Below, piece by piece: positions 30,308 to 38,887 of a stretch of 46,769 nt of DNA. The stretch's first letter is position 1, and each line of letters begins with the position of its first letter. Origin of the DNA: Clostridiales bacterium (GTDB lineage Bacteria; Bacillota; Clostridia; Christensenellales; CAG-138); assembly GCA_013824375.1 (NCBI GenBank), contig PNNR01000063.1:1-46769 (forward strand). The letters are read 5' to 3'. Under the pieces are notes generated by a model. The model ran no database searches. It was not told the DNA's origin and saw only the letters and a program-made list of their open reading frames with translations. The position numbers and the translations under genes were made by a program.

Positions 30308-31189
30308 ATGTATGATTTTTCCGCTTTATATGAGGCAACGAGCGTGCAAAACGCCGTGGAACTCATGCAGGCGCATCCGTCGGCCGTTCTGATTGCAGGC
30401 GGCAGCGACGTTTTGATCAAAATGCGCGAAGGCAAGCTCGCAGGCGCGGAGCTCATCAGCATCTATAAGCTTGACGAACTGCGCGAGGTCACCATGGACC
30501 CCGACGGCACGCTGCGCATCGGTCCCATGACGAGCTTTTCCCACGCGACCAAGAGCCAGCTTGTGCAGCAGCATATCCCCGTGCTCGGCGAATCCGCGGA
30601 CACCGCGGGCGGGCCGCAGCTAAGAAACATCGGCACCCTCGGCGGCAACATCTGCAACGGCGTGACCAGCGCGGACACTGCCTCCACACAGGTGGCGTAC
30701 GATGCGATGCTGGAGATCACGGGACCCGCCGGTATGCGCAAGATCAGCATCCACGACTTCTACAAGGGCGTCGGCAAGGTTGATCTGCAGCCGGGCGAAT
30801 TGCTCACGGCGATCCTGATCCCCAAAGAGAGCTACAAGAACTGCTACGGCTACTACCTCAAGTATGCCATGCGCAACGCCATGGACATTGCGACCATCGG
30901 CTGCTCGGTCAACGTCGTGCTCAGCGCGGACAAGAAAACCATCGAGCGTATGCGCATTTCCTACGGCGTGGCAGGCCCCGTGCCTATGCGCGCCCGTTCC
31001 GCGGAAGCCGCCGTCAACGGCCAACCGGTCAGCGAGGCGACCATCGAGCTCATCGGCAACGCAGTGCTGAACGACGTCAATCCGCGCACCAGCTGGCGCG
31101 CGAGCGCGGAGTTCCGCAAACAGATCATCAGCGAGACCGCCCGCCGCGGCTTACGCGCCGCTGTCGAGCGCGCAGGAGGTGTGTTCTAA
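30308..31189 (+). CDS. xdhB: xanthine dehydrogenase family, FAD-binding subunit
   Basis: VLIAGGSDVLIKMREGKL and IGTLGGNICNG motifs (CO dehydrogenase flavoprotein-like). Start at 30308 follows GAAGGAGG. Confidence 0.82.
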   Translation: MYDFSALYEATSVQNAVELMQAHPSAVLIAGGSDVLIKMREGKLAGAELISIYKLDELREVTMDPDGTLRIGPMTSFSHATKSQLVQQHIPVLGESADTAGGPQLRNIGTLGGNICNGVTSADTASTQVAYDAMLEITGPAGMRKISIHDFYKGVGKVDLQPGELLTAILIPKESYKNCYGYYLKYAMRNAMDIATIGCSVNVVLSADKKTIERMRISYGVAGPVPMRARSAEAAVNGQPVSEATIELIGNAVLNDVNPRTSWRASAEFRKQIISETARRGLRAAVERAGGVF

Positions 31190-31190
31190 T

Positions 31191-31673
31191 ATGGAAAAGA
31201 AACTCGTCAAGTGCAACATCAACGGCAAGGATGTCGAAACGTATGTGGACGTCCGCGCGTCGCTGACGGATATGCTGAGAAACGACTACCGCCTCACCTC
31301 GGTCAAAAAGGGCTGCGAAGTCGGTGAATGCGGCGCATGCAACGTTATCATCGACGGCGAATGCTATAACTCCTGCATCTACCTCGCTGTCTGGGCGGAA
31401 GGCAAGCGCATCCAGACGCTGGAGAGCCTGCTCGGGCCCAACGGAGAGCTTTCGGACATCCAGCAGGCGTTTGTGGACGAAGCTGCTGTTCAGTGCGGCT
31501 TCTGCACGCCGGGATTCATCATGACCGCGGTGGAAGTCCTCGAAACGGGCAAGGAGTACACGCGCGATGAGCTGAGAAAGCGCCTCTCCGGCCATCTCTG
31601 CCGCTGCACGGGATACGAAAATATCTTGAACGCAGTTGAAAAGACGATGAAGAAGCGTCTTGGTAAAGCATAA
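31191..31673 (+). CDS. xdhC: xanthine dehydrogenase family, [2Fe-2S]-binding subunit
   Basis: CEVGECGACNV and QCGFCTPG...CRCTGY cysteine clusters. Start at 31191, 2 nt after the xdhB stop. Confidence 0.88.
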   Translation: MEKKLVKCNINGKDVETYVDVRASLTDMLRNDYRLTSVKKGCEVGECGACNVIIDGECYNSCIYLAVWAEGKRIQTLESLLGPNGELSDIQQAFVDEAAVQCGFCTPGFIMTAVEVLETGKEYTRDELRKRLSGHLCRCTGYENILNAVEKTMKKRLGKA

Positions 31674-31690
31674 CCTAGTTTTTAAAACAA

Positions 31691-31754
31691 GGCTATGAAA
31701 ACATCGTCATGCAGTCGAAAAGACTACGAAGAAGCGTTTGAGTAAAGCATAACC
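31691..31754 (+). pseudogene. relic 3' end (about 64 nt) of a second, diverged [2Fe-2S] subunit gene
   Basis: Aligns with 31611..31675 of xdhC (GYENILNAVEKTMKKRLGKA*) with one 1-nt indel. The last 13 codons read AVEKTTKKRLSKA*. Most differences are synonymous. Confidence 0.7.
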
Positions 31755-31854
31755 GGATTTACTGTATAATATTACAGAAAAATCTAATAGCTATGCGAAA
31801 AAAAGAATTGCATTTCTCCAGTGGTTGAAGTAGGATAAAAACCAAACCATCTTC

Positions 31855-31893
31855 GCCGCCCGAAGCCGCGAAACCACGGTTTCGGGCGGTTTT
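31855..31893 (+). terminator. strong intrinsic terminator 24-30 nt upstream of the aminotransferase start (candidate attenuator)
   Basis: CCGCCCGAAGCCG-CGAAACCA-CGGTTTCGGGCGG (13 bp) followed by TTTTA. Confidence 0.75.
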
Positions 31894-31920
31894 ATACTCA
31901 CTCGAAAGGAAAGTACCATC

Positions 31921-33189
31921 ATGCGTTATTCGGATTTGGACAAGGCGGCGCTCCAGGCGGAGCTTTCCCGCGTGCAGCAGGACTACGAGTCGCTGCGCGG
32001 CTACAAACTCAACCTCAACCTCACCCGCGGCAAACCCGAAACCGCGCAACTAGCGTTGTCAGACGATATGCACCGAACGCTGGACGACGGGAATTTCGAA
32101 ATCGACGGCATGGACGCGCGCAACTATGGCGAACTTGCGGGCCTTCCCTCCTGCCGCAAGCTCTTTGCGGACATCCTTTTCTGCAAACCGGAGGAAGTCA
32201 TCCTCGGCAACAACGCGAGCCTGCAGCTGATGTATGACCTGATCGCAAAAGCGTACACCCACGGCCTCAAGAACAGCATCCGTCCCTGGGCGAAGGAAGA
32301 CAAGATCAAGTTCCTCTGCCCCTTCCCCGGCTACGACCGCCACTTCAACGTCAGCAAGAGCTTCGGCATGGAGCTCATCCCTGTCCCGATGGACGAGAAC
32401 GGCCCGGATATGGACATGGTCGAAGAGCTGGTCAAGGACGCGTCCGTCAAGGGTATGTGGTGCGTGCCGAAATACAGTAATCCCGACGGTTACGTCTTCC
32501 CGCTCTCAACCTGCAAGCGCATCGCAGCCATGAAGCCCGCGGCTCCCGACTTCGCGCTCATGTGGGACAACGCTTACTGCATTCATACCTTCGAGGGCGA
32601 GGATGTTCCGTTCCCGGATATGATCGGACTCTGCCGCGAAGCGGGCAACCCCGACCTCGTGTATGAGTTCGCCTCCACCAGCAAGGTCACGTTCGCAGGC
32701 GCGGGCGTCTCCTGCATGGCGGCAAGCGTGGAAAACATCAAGTACATTCTGGGTCTCATGACGTTCCAGACCATAGGCCCCAACAAGGTCAACGAGCTGA
32801 TGCACGTGCGCTTCCTCAAAAATGCGGAGAACACGCACGCGCACATGAGAAAGCACGCGGCGATCATGAAGCCGAAGTTTGACCTCGTGTGCGAAGCACT
32901 CGAAAAAGAGATCGATCCGTTGGGGATCGCGAGCTGGCACCGTCCCAAGGGCGGCTATTTCGTCAGCGTGAACCTCATGCCCGGCACCGCCAAACGCGTG
33001 GTCTCGCTCTGCAAGGATGTCGGCGTCGCGCTCACGGGCGCAGGAGCCACCTATCCCGGCGGCGTTGACCCGCAGGACACCAACCTGCGCATCGCGCCCT
33101 CCTTCCCGCCGCTTTCCGAAGTCAAGCAGGCGATGGAAGTCTTCTGCGTCGCGACCAAACTCGCCACGCTCGAAAAACTGCTGGCATAA
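31921..33189 (+). CDS. PLP-dependent aminotransferase (class I/II-like)
   Basis: 422-aa ORF. NLTRGKP...STSKVTFAGAGVS (Lys in SxSK context) is typical of fold-type I aminotransferases. Subfamily not resolved. Confidence 0.75.
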   Translation: MRYSDLDKAALQAELSRVQQDYESLRGYKLNLNLTRGKPETAQLALSDDMHRTLDDGNFEIDGMDARNYGELAGLPSCRKLFADILFCKPEEVILGNNASLQLMYDLIAKAYTHGLKNSIRPWAKEDKIKFLCPFPGYDRHFNVSKSFGMELIPVPMDENGPDMDMVEELVKDASVKGMWCVPKYSNPDGYVFPLSTCKRIAAMKPAAPDFALMWDNAYCIHTFEGEDVPFPDMIGLCREAGNPDLVYEFASTSKVTFAGAGVSCMAASVENIKYILGLMTFQTIGPNKVNELMHVRFLKNAENTHAHMRKHAAIMKPKFDLVCEALEKEIDPLGIASWHRPKGGYFVSVNLMPGTAKRVVSLCKDVGVALTGAGATYPGGVDPQDTNLRIAPSFPPLSEVKQAMEVFCVATKLATLEKLLA

Positions 33190-33204
33190 TACGCAAGCAA
33201 CACA

Positions 33205-33246
33205 AAACGCCGCTTCCGATTGTTCGGAGGCGGCGTTTCTTGTTTG
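33205..33246. terminator. bidirectional terminator between the aminotransferase gene and trpS
   Basis: AAACGCCGCTTCCGA-TTGT-TCGGAGGCGGCGTTT followed by a T-rich tract. Confidence 0.75.
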
Positions 33247-33263
33247 TATCGTGGTGGATTCTC

Positions 33264-34271
33264 TCAGGTATCAAACCCCATCTTATGATAGACCTTGCGG
33301 ACGGTTTTGCGCGCCGTTGCCTGTGCGCGCTCCGCGCCGAGTTTCATCGTCTCGTTCAGGTAGGCTTTGTCCGTCAGCAAACGAGCATATTCCGTCTGAA
33401 TCGGTTTGAGCGTCTCGATGATCGCGTCCGCGACGCCGCTCTTCAAATCGCCATAGCCTTTGCCTGCAAAATGCGCGACGGAGTCTTCGATGCTGCCGTT
33501 CGTGCAGGCGGAGTAGATCGAGAGCAGGTTGTAGACGCCCGCGCGTTCGGGATTTCCCGTGATCTCGCCTTCGCTGTCCGTAACTGCGCGTTTGAGCTTT
33601 TTCACGATCACGTCCGGCTCGTCGAGGATACGGATGTAGCCGTTCGGATTGGGGTCGGACTTGCTCATTTTATTTTCCGGTTCCTGCAGGCTCATAACGC
33701 GTGCGCCAATCTTCGGGATATACGGTTCGGGAATGACAAATGTTTCGCCGTACATGTTGTTGAAGCGGATGGCGATATCGCGCGTAAGCTCGACATGCTG
33801 CTTCTGATCCGCGCCGACGGGGATGAATTTTGCCTGATAGAGCAGGATATCCGCCGCCATCAGCACAGGATAGGTAAAGAGGCCGGCGTTGATGTTCTCC
33901 GCGCTCTTTGCGCTCTTTTCCTTAAACTGCGTCATGCGCGAGAGCTCGCCCATGTAGGTGTTGCACATCAACGCCCAGGTGAGCTGCGTATGTTCCGGCA
34001 CATGGCTCTGCACGAAAACCGTCGAGCGCGCAGGATCGATGCCCGCGGCAAGAAACAGCGCAAATGTCTCCGCGCTGCGCTTGCGAAGCTCCGCCGGATC
34101 CATCTTGACTGTCTGCGCGTGCAGATTGGCAACCATATAGTATGCGTCAAACTCGTCCTGCATGGTGGCCCAATTCTTCAGCGCGCCGAAATAATTGCCT
34201 ATGGTGAGTACGCTCGTCGGCTGAATGCCGCTGAGTATTCCGGGTTTGGTTGTCGTTGTCGTCGTTTCCAT
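33264..34271 (-). CDS. trpS: tryptophan--tRNA ligase
   Basis: From METTTTTTKPGILSGIQPTSVLTIGNYFGALKNW. It has a class I HIGH-like motif (TIGN) and KMSKS. ORF extends to 34379, but the ATG at 34271 follows GGAG. Confidence 0.92.
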   Translation of the reverse strand: METTTTTTKPGILSGIQPTSVLTIGNYFGALKNWATMQDEFDAYYMVANLHAQTVKMDPAELRKRSAETFALFLAAGIDPARSTVFVQSHVPEHTQLTWALMCNTYMGELSRMTQFKEKSAKSAENINAGLFTYPVLMAADILLYQAKFIPVGADQKQHVELTRDIAIRFNNMYGETFVIPEPYIPKIGARVMSLQEPENKMSKSDPNPNGYIRILDEPDVIVKKLKRAVTDSEGEITGNPERAGVYNLLSIYSACTNGSIEDSVAHFAGKGYGDLKSGVADAIIETLKPIQTEYARLLTDKAYLNETMKLGAERAQATARKTVRKVYHKMGFDT

Positions 34272-34311
34272 GTTGTCTCCAAATTTCGCCGTAACCGACG
34301 ATAGAATTTCT

Positions 34312-34412
34312 TTTCGCAAAGCGCGCCTTGCGGCGCGCCAGCGTCTATTCTGTGCCCGCCCAGCGGGCGGATACTTCATTCTTTCGCAAAGCGCGCCTTG
34401 CGGCGCGCCAGC
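34312..34412 (-). repeat. two identical 31-nt GC-hairpin modules (period 70 nt) flanking a third hairpin in the trpS leader
   Basis: TTTCGCAAAGCGCGCCTTGCGGCGCGCCAGC at 34312..34342 and 34382..34412, 31/31 identical. The central hairpin CCGCC-CAGCG-GGCGG is at 34356..34370. Confidence 0.8.
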
Positions 34413-34425
34413 TTATAAAAGTTTT

Positions 34426-34465
34426 GAGTAAGAAATAAGCCGAGTTCTGTCGAGTGCGACCATCT
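34426..34465 (-). repeat. exact second copy of the 3'-terminal 40 nt of RNase P RNA
   Basis: GAGTAAGAAATAAGCCGAGTTCTGTCGAGTGCGACCATCT at 34426..34465 equals 34522..34561 (40/40). The flanking AAAGTT(T)T is also shared. Confidence 0.85.
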
Positions 34466-34519
34466 TCCGAACCATTTTATAAATGAGCGGGAGAATCCTC
34501 TGTGCTCAAAAGAAAAAGT

Positions 34520-34852
34520 TTGAGTAAGAAATAAGCCGAGTTCTGTCGAGTGCGACCATCTATCTAAGGCCAATCGTCGCCGAGAGGCTCATGCGATTCC
34601 CGAGAGCGTAGCGAGCCGCTATTGAATGCTCCCATACCAATCTTGCACCGAGTGGGGTTTACAGCGCGCTTCCGTCGCCGGAGCGCGGGTGAGCTCTTAC
34701 CTCGCCTTTCCATCCTTACCCGTTGCCGGGCGGTTTCTTTCTGTTGCACTTTCCCTGGAGTCGCCTCCGCCGGGTGTTACCCGGCACTCTGCCCTGTGGT
34801 GCTCGGACTTTCCTCACCCGCTCGCGCGGGCGCGGTCGCCTTTCTTACTCAA
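34520..34852 (-). ncRNA. rnpB: RNase P RNA, bacterial type A
   Basis: Minus strand contains GAGGAAAGTCCGAGC (P4 5' strand), GGTAAGAGCTCACC, GTAAACCCCACTCGGTGCAAG and ACAGAACTCGGCTTAT (P4 3' strand). The termini GAGTAAGAAA/TTTCTTACTC pair as P1. Ends are approximate to +/-5 nt. Confidence 0.9.
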
Positions 34853-34915
34853 GTCATGATTCAGTTGTCAAAGCGCATTGTGTCATCAGTTTTCGGCACA
34901 CCGTATATAGCTTAC

Positions 34916-35629
34916 TTAGTCGTTGGTTTGATATAGGATTCTGCCGCAGTTTTCGCACTCAACGATGCCGTCGGTGGTCGAGATCTTCTTGAGCATCACC
35001 ATCGGCAGCGACATATTGCACCCGCCGCACTTGCTGTTGACAATCTTCGCAATTGGCACAACGTGGTGCTGCTTGACCTGATTGTAACGCTCCAGCAACG
35101 CAGGATCGACGGTTTTACTCAGCGTGGCTAAGTTTTGATCGTGTCGGTCAAGCTCGCCCTGGCGCGCTACCCTCTCTTCCTCGCACTGCACACGCAACGT
35201 GTCATATTCCTTCTTCGCCTTATTCGCGGCGCGGGCAGTGGTTTGATATTCTTCCGATGCTTTCTCTATTTCACCCAGAAGCATCTTTGCTTCCCGTACA
35301 CCCTGCGAAACTTCGCGGTTGAGTTTCTCGATGTCTCCCTTGAGCTCCGTCATCTCCTCCGCGGTGCTTTCTTCATCCTGTTTCATGGTGGCAAGCTCTG
35401 AGCTTTCAACCTGCAACCTTGCTTCCAACTTGCTTACATGATCGGTCAACTTGGTCAATTGTTGCTCATATGCTTCGATGTCTTCAGAAAGCTTGGCAAT
35501 GACTGTCTGCTGATTTTTTAGCAGCTTATGCAGTTTGTTCAGCTGATGTCTTGCGGGGGTATTGCGAATCTCGTTTTCCACGGTGTTCTTCGCGACCTCG
35601 GCTTCCTGATAGGCCCATAATGCTTCCAT
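34916..35629 (-). CDS. zinc-ribbon/coiled-coil protein, COG1579 (DUF164)-like
   Basis: Long coiled-coil followed by CGGCNMSLP...ECENCGRILY. Start at MEALWAYQE follows GAGGAGGG. Confidence 0.8.
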   Translation of the reverse strand: MEALWAYQEAEVAKNTVENEIRNTPARHQLNKLHKLLKNQQTVIAKLSEDIEAYEQQLTKLTDHVSKLEARLQVESSELATMKQDEESTAEEMTELKGDIEKLNREVSQGVREAKMLLGEIEKASEEYQTTARAANKAKKEYDTLRVQCEEERVARQGELDRHDQNLATLSKTVDPALLERYNQVKQHHVVPIAKIVNSKCGGCNMSLPMVMLKKISTTDGIVECENCGRILYQTND

Positions 35630-35651
35630 CTTTCTCACGGCATTTCCCTCC

Positions 35652-36413
35652 TCAAAGGCGCACAAACGGACTCCCGTCCATACGCGATAACTTATATTGT
35701 ACACCTAAACAATCGTTCTGTAAACGTTTCATCAACGGCTCCAGCACAACTGCTTCTGTTTCATAGTGTCCGGCGACCACAAGGCTCACCCCCAGCATCT
35801 GCGCGTCCAGCGCATCGGAGTGCTTGAGTTCGCCCGTGAGCAGCAAATCCGCGCCTTGCGTCGCCGCGTACACGACGGAGCTTCCTCCGCTGCCGCCCAT
35901 CACCGCGACGTTAGAAATCATCCTCTCCGGGTCTCCGGAAACACACACATGCGTGCTTAAGATTAGTTCTGCGCGCTTTGCAAACGCCGAAAGCGATTCA
36001 GGTTCTTTGAGCTGGCCGATTCTGCCAATACCCTCGTTAAACGGGATCGCCTCGCGGATGCCAAGCATCGCGCAGAGCGTGTCGTTCACGCCGCCGTGCG
36101 ACGCGTCGAGGTTTGTGTGCGCGGCAAAGAGGCCGATTCCGTGCCGCAGCAACACGCAGGCTGCCGCTGTCGCGGGATCGCTGTAGGCAAGCTTCTTGAC
36201 TGGGTGAAAGAACAGCGGATGGTGCGTCAGCACCAGATCCGCGCCCCACTCCGCCGCTTCTTCCGCGACAGCCTTCGTGCAGTCGAGCGCGACCAGCACG
36301 CGGTTGATCTCCGAATGATCTGGCTCTATCAACAACCCCTGATTATCAAACTCCAACGCGAGTTCTTTTGGGGCGATGCGCTCCATCAGCGCGGCAAACT
36401 CCCACATCTTCAT
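35652..36413 (-). CDS. Nif3-like dinuclear metal centre protein
   Basis: DLVLTHHPLFF, AAHTNLD and HYETE motifs. ATGA overlap with the trmK stop. Confidence 0.88.
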   Translation of the reverse strand: MKMWEFAALMERIAPKELALEFDNQGLLIEPDHSEINRVLVALDCTKAVAEEAAEWGADLVLTHHPLFFHPVKKLAYSDPATAAACVLLRHGIGLFAAHTNLDASHGGVNDTLCAMLGIREAIPFNEGIGRIGQLKEPESLSAFAKRAELILSTHVCVSGDPERMISNVAVMGGSGGSSVVYAATQGADLLLTGELKHSDALDAQMLGVSLVVAGHYETEAVVLEPLMKRLQNDCLGVQYKLSRMDGSPFVRL

Positions 36414-37117
36414 GGTGCAATCTCCCAATTAGTCAATATTTGCTCCAGTTGCGCCGCAAGTTTTGTCAAAGCTTCGGCGTTCTGTGTTTTCAGCTTTCGC
36501 CGCGTGGTGGCAAGCATCCGCTCCGCAAGTGGTTTCATCAGCGGTTCGCGCTGCGCAAACGCTGTGTAACCGAGAATAAAACAATCCTCCGGCCAGCCAT
36601 TCGGTAGAGCCTGACGCGTGTTTTGCGGCTGACTGATCGAAAATATCTGGTAATATCTGCCTGCATCCAGCACAACGCGATCATCCAGAATCAGATAATT
36701 CCGCTTGTATAGCCACCTGCGGATATCGTCCGGTGCGCGCATGGGCTGCAACACAGCCTTCTCCGCTCCCATCAATGGCGGCGAAACATCCAAAATCTCG
36801 GTCATCAGCGTGCCGCCCATGCCAAGGATGGCGATTGCATCTGCTTCGTTTGCCGCTAGCGGTTTCAGCCCGTCGCCCAGTCGCGTTTCAATGCGATCTT
36901 CCGCGCCGATCTGACGCGCCAGACGCTCGGCTTTTTCCAGCGAAGGCTCGCTGATATCGATGGCGATACAGCGGCTTGCGAGGTTTCGCTGAATCAACGC
37001 GCAACTCAATCGCCCGTGGTCACACCCCACGTCCGCGACCACCCGCGCGCCGGAAAGAAGTTCTATTGCACAATCCAACCGCTCTCGCGGATGTATTCTC
37101 TGACCATCCTGCTGCAT
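36410..37117 (-). CDS. trmK: tRNA (adenine(22)-N(1))-methyltransferase TrmK-like class I SAM methyltransferase
   Basis: VADVGCDHGRLSCALIQ SAM-binding motif and ILGMGG motif. The trmK-nif3 pairing is typical. Confidence 0.82.
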   Translation of the reverse strand: MQQDGQRIHPRERLDCAIELLSGARVVADVGCDHGRLSCALIQRNLASRCIAIDISEPSLEKAERLARQIGAEDRIETRLGDGLKPLAANEADAIAILGMGGTLMTEILDVSPPLMGAEKAVLQPMRAPDDIRRWLYKRNYLILDDRVVLDAGRYYQIFSISQPQNTRQALPNGWPEDCFILGYTAFAQREPLMKPLAERMLATTRRKLKTQNAEALTKLAAQLEQILTNWEIAP

Positions 37118-37209
37118 ATATTTTTATTATAAAAAACAATCCGTGAAATTGCAAACCGCCTACCAGCATGTTTTGTGTCATTTATGTAAAAACATCGCCG
37201 CGCTTTCGT

Positions 37210-37236
37210 AAAAAAACGCCGGAGTTCCGGCGTTTT
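37210..37236. terminator. terminator after mnmA
   Basis: A-run, CGCCGGA-GT-TCCGGCG, T-run. Confidence 0.75.
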
Positions 37237-37251
37237 GTAAGCTTGTCCGTT

Positions 37252-38364
<1,113 letters not shown>

Positions 38365-38399
38365 TTACTATGCCTCGTTTTCTGCGAAGCCGCCAGCCA

Positions 38400-38615
38400 T
38401 TAATCCGCTAAAACGGTGGTAAGCATATATCCTTCATCCTCGAGAACAGCACCTGCCGCCTTGAGTATTGCAGAGGGGTTCATGTCGGACTTGATCTTTG
38501 CGTCGCCCATATCTACAGAAATGACCTCAAAGCCGGATTCTTTGAGAATTCTTGTCACCTTGCTCACGCAGTGCGTGCAGCCCATGCCGTCAATTTTCAG
38601 CCGATATGTGTTCAT
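38400..38615 (-). CDS. copZ: heavy-metal-associated (HMA) domain protein, CopZ-like metallochaperone
   Basis: 71 aa with the GMGCTHC metal-binding motif near the N-terminus. Confidence 0.82.
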   Translation of the reverse strand: MNTYRLKIDGMGCTHCVSKVTRILKESGFEVISVDMGDAKIKSDMNPSAILKAAGAVLEDEGYMLTTVLAD

Positions 38616-38823
38616 AAACCATCCTCCTTATGTTATTTTCTAATGCTACCATACATTTTGTTCGCTGGATTATGACTTTGTCACAGAGCGTATATACAAT
38701 ACACAAAGCCCTTATCTGCGGTTCGCTTTTTCGTCTATGTGTTATTTCGACCCGTCCGCCTGTTTTCCTGCTTTTCAGGGTTATGTTCCGGTGCATGAAA
38801 AATACGCGGACACGCCGTGTGCC

Positions 38824-38853
38824 TTGACAAATCTGCCGTTTTCCTGCGATAAT
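38824..38853 (+). promoter_or_regulatory. sigma-70 promoter of glyQS
   Basis: TTGACA - 18 nt - GATAAT with TGC immediately upstream (extended -10). About 35 nt before the ATG. Confidence 0.6.
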
Positions 38854-38887
38854 ATGCGTTGACTGACGAATAAGGAGCATAAAAAAC

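Noticed and set aside
34321-34411. Two GGCGCGCC (AscI) sites 70 nt apart, raising the question of engineered or cloning-derived DNA.
   Set aside because: They are simply part of the duplicated GC hairpin module. There are no vector-like sequences, selectable markers or other rare-cutter sites nearby, and the context is ordinary chromosomal DNA.
38616-38887. Glycine T-box or riboswitch upstream of glyQS.
   Set aside because: A good TTGACA/GATAAT promoter sits only about 35 nt before the ATG, which leaves no room for a T-box leader. No T-box or specifier sequence is seen in the AT-rich region upstream.
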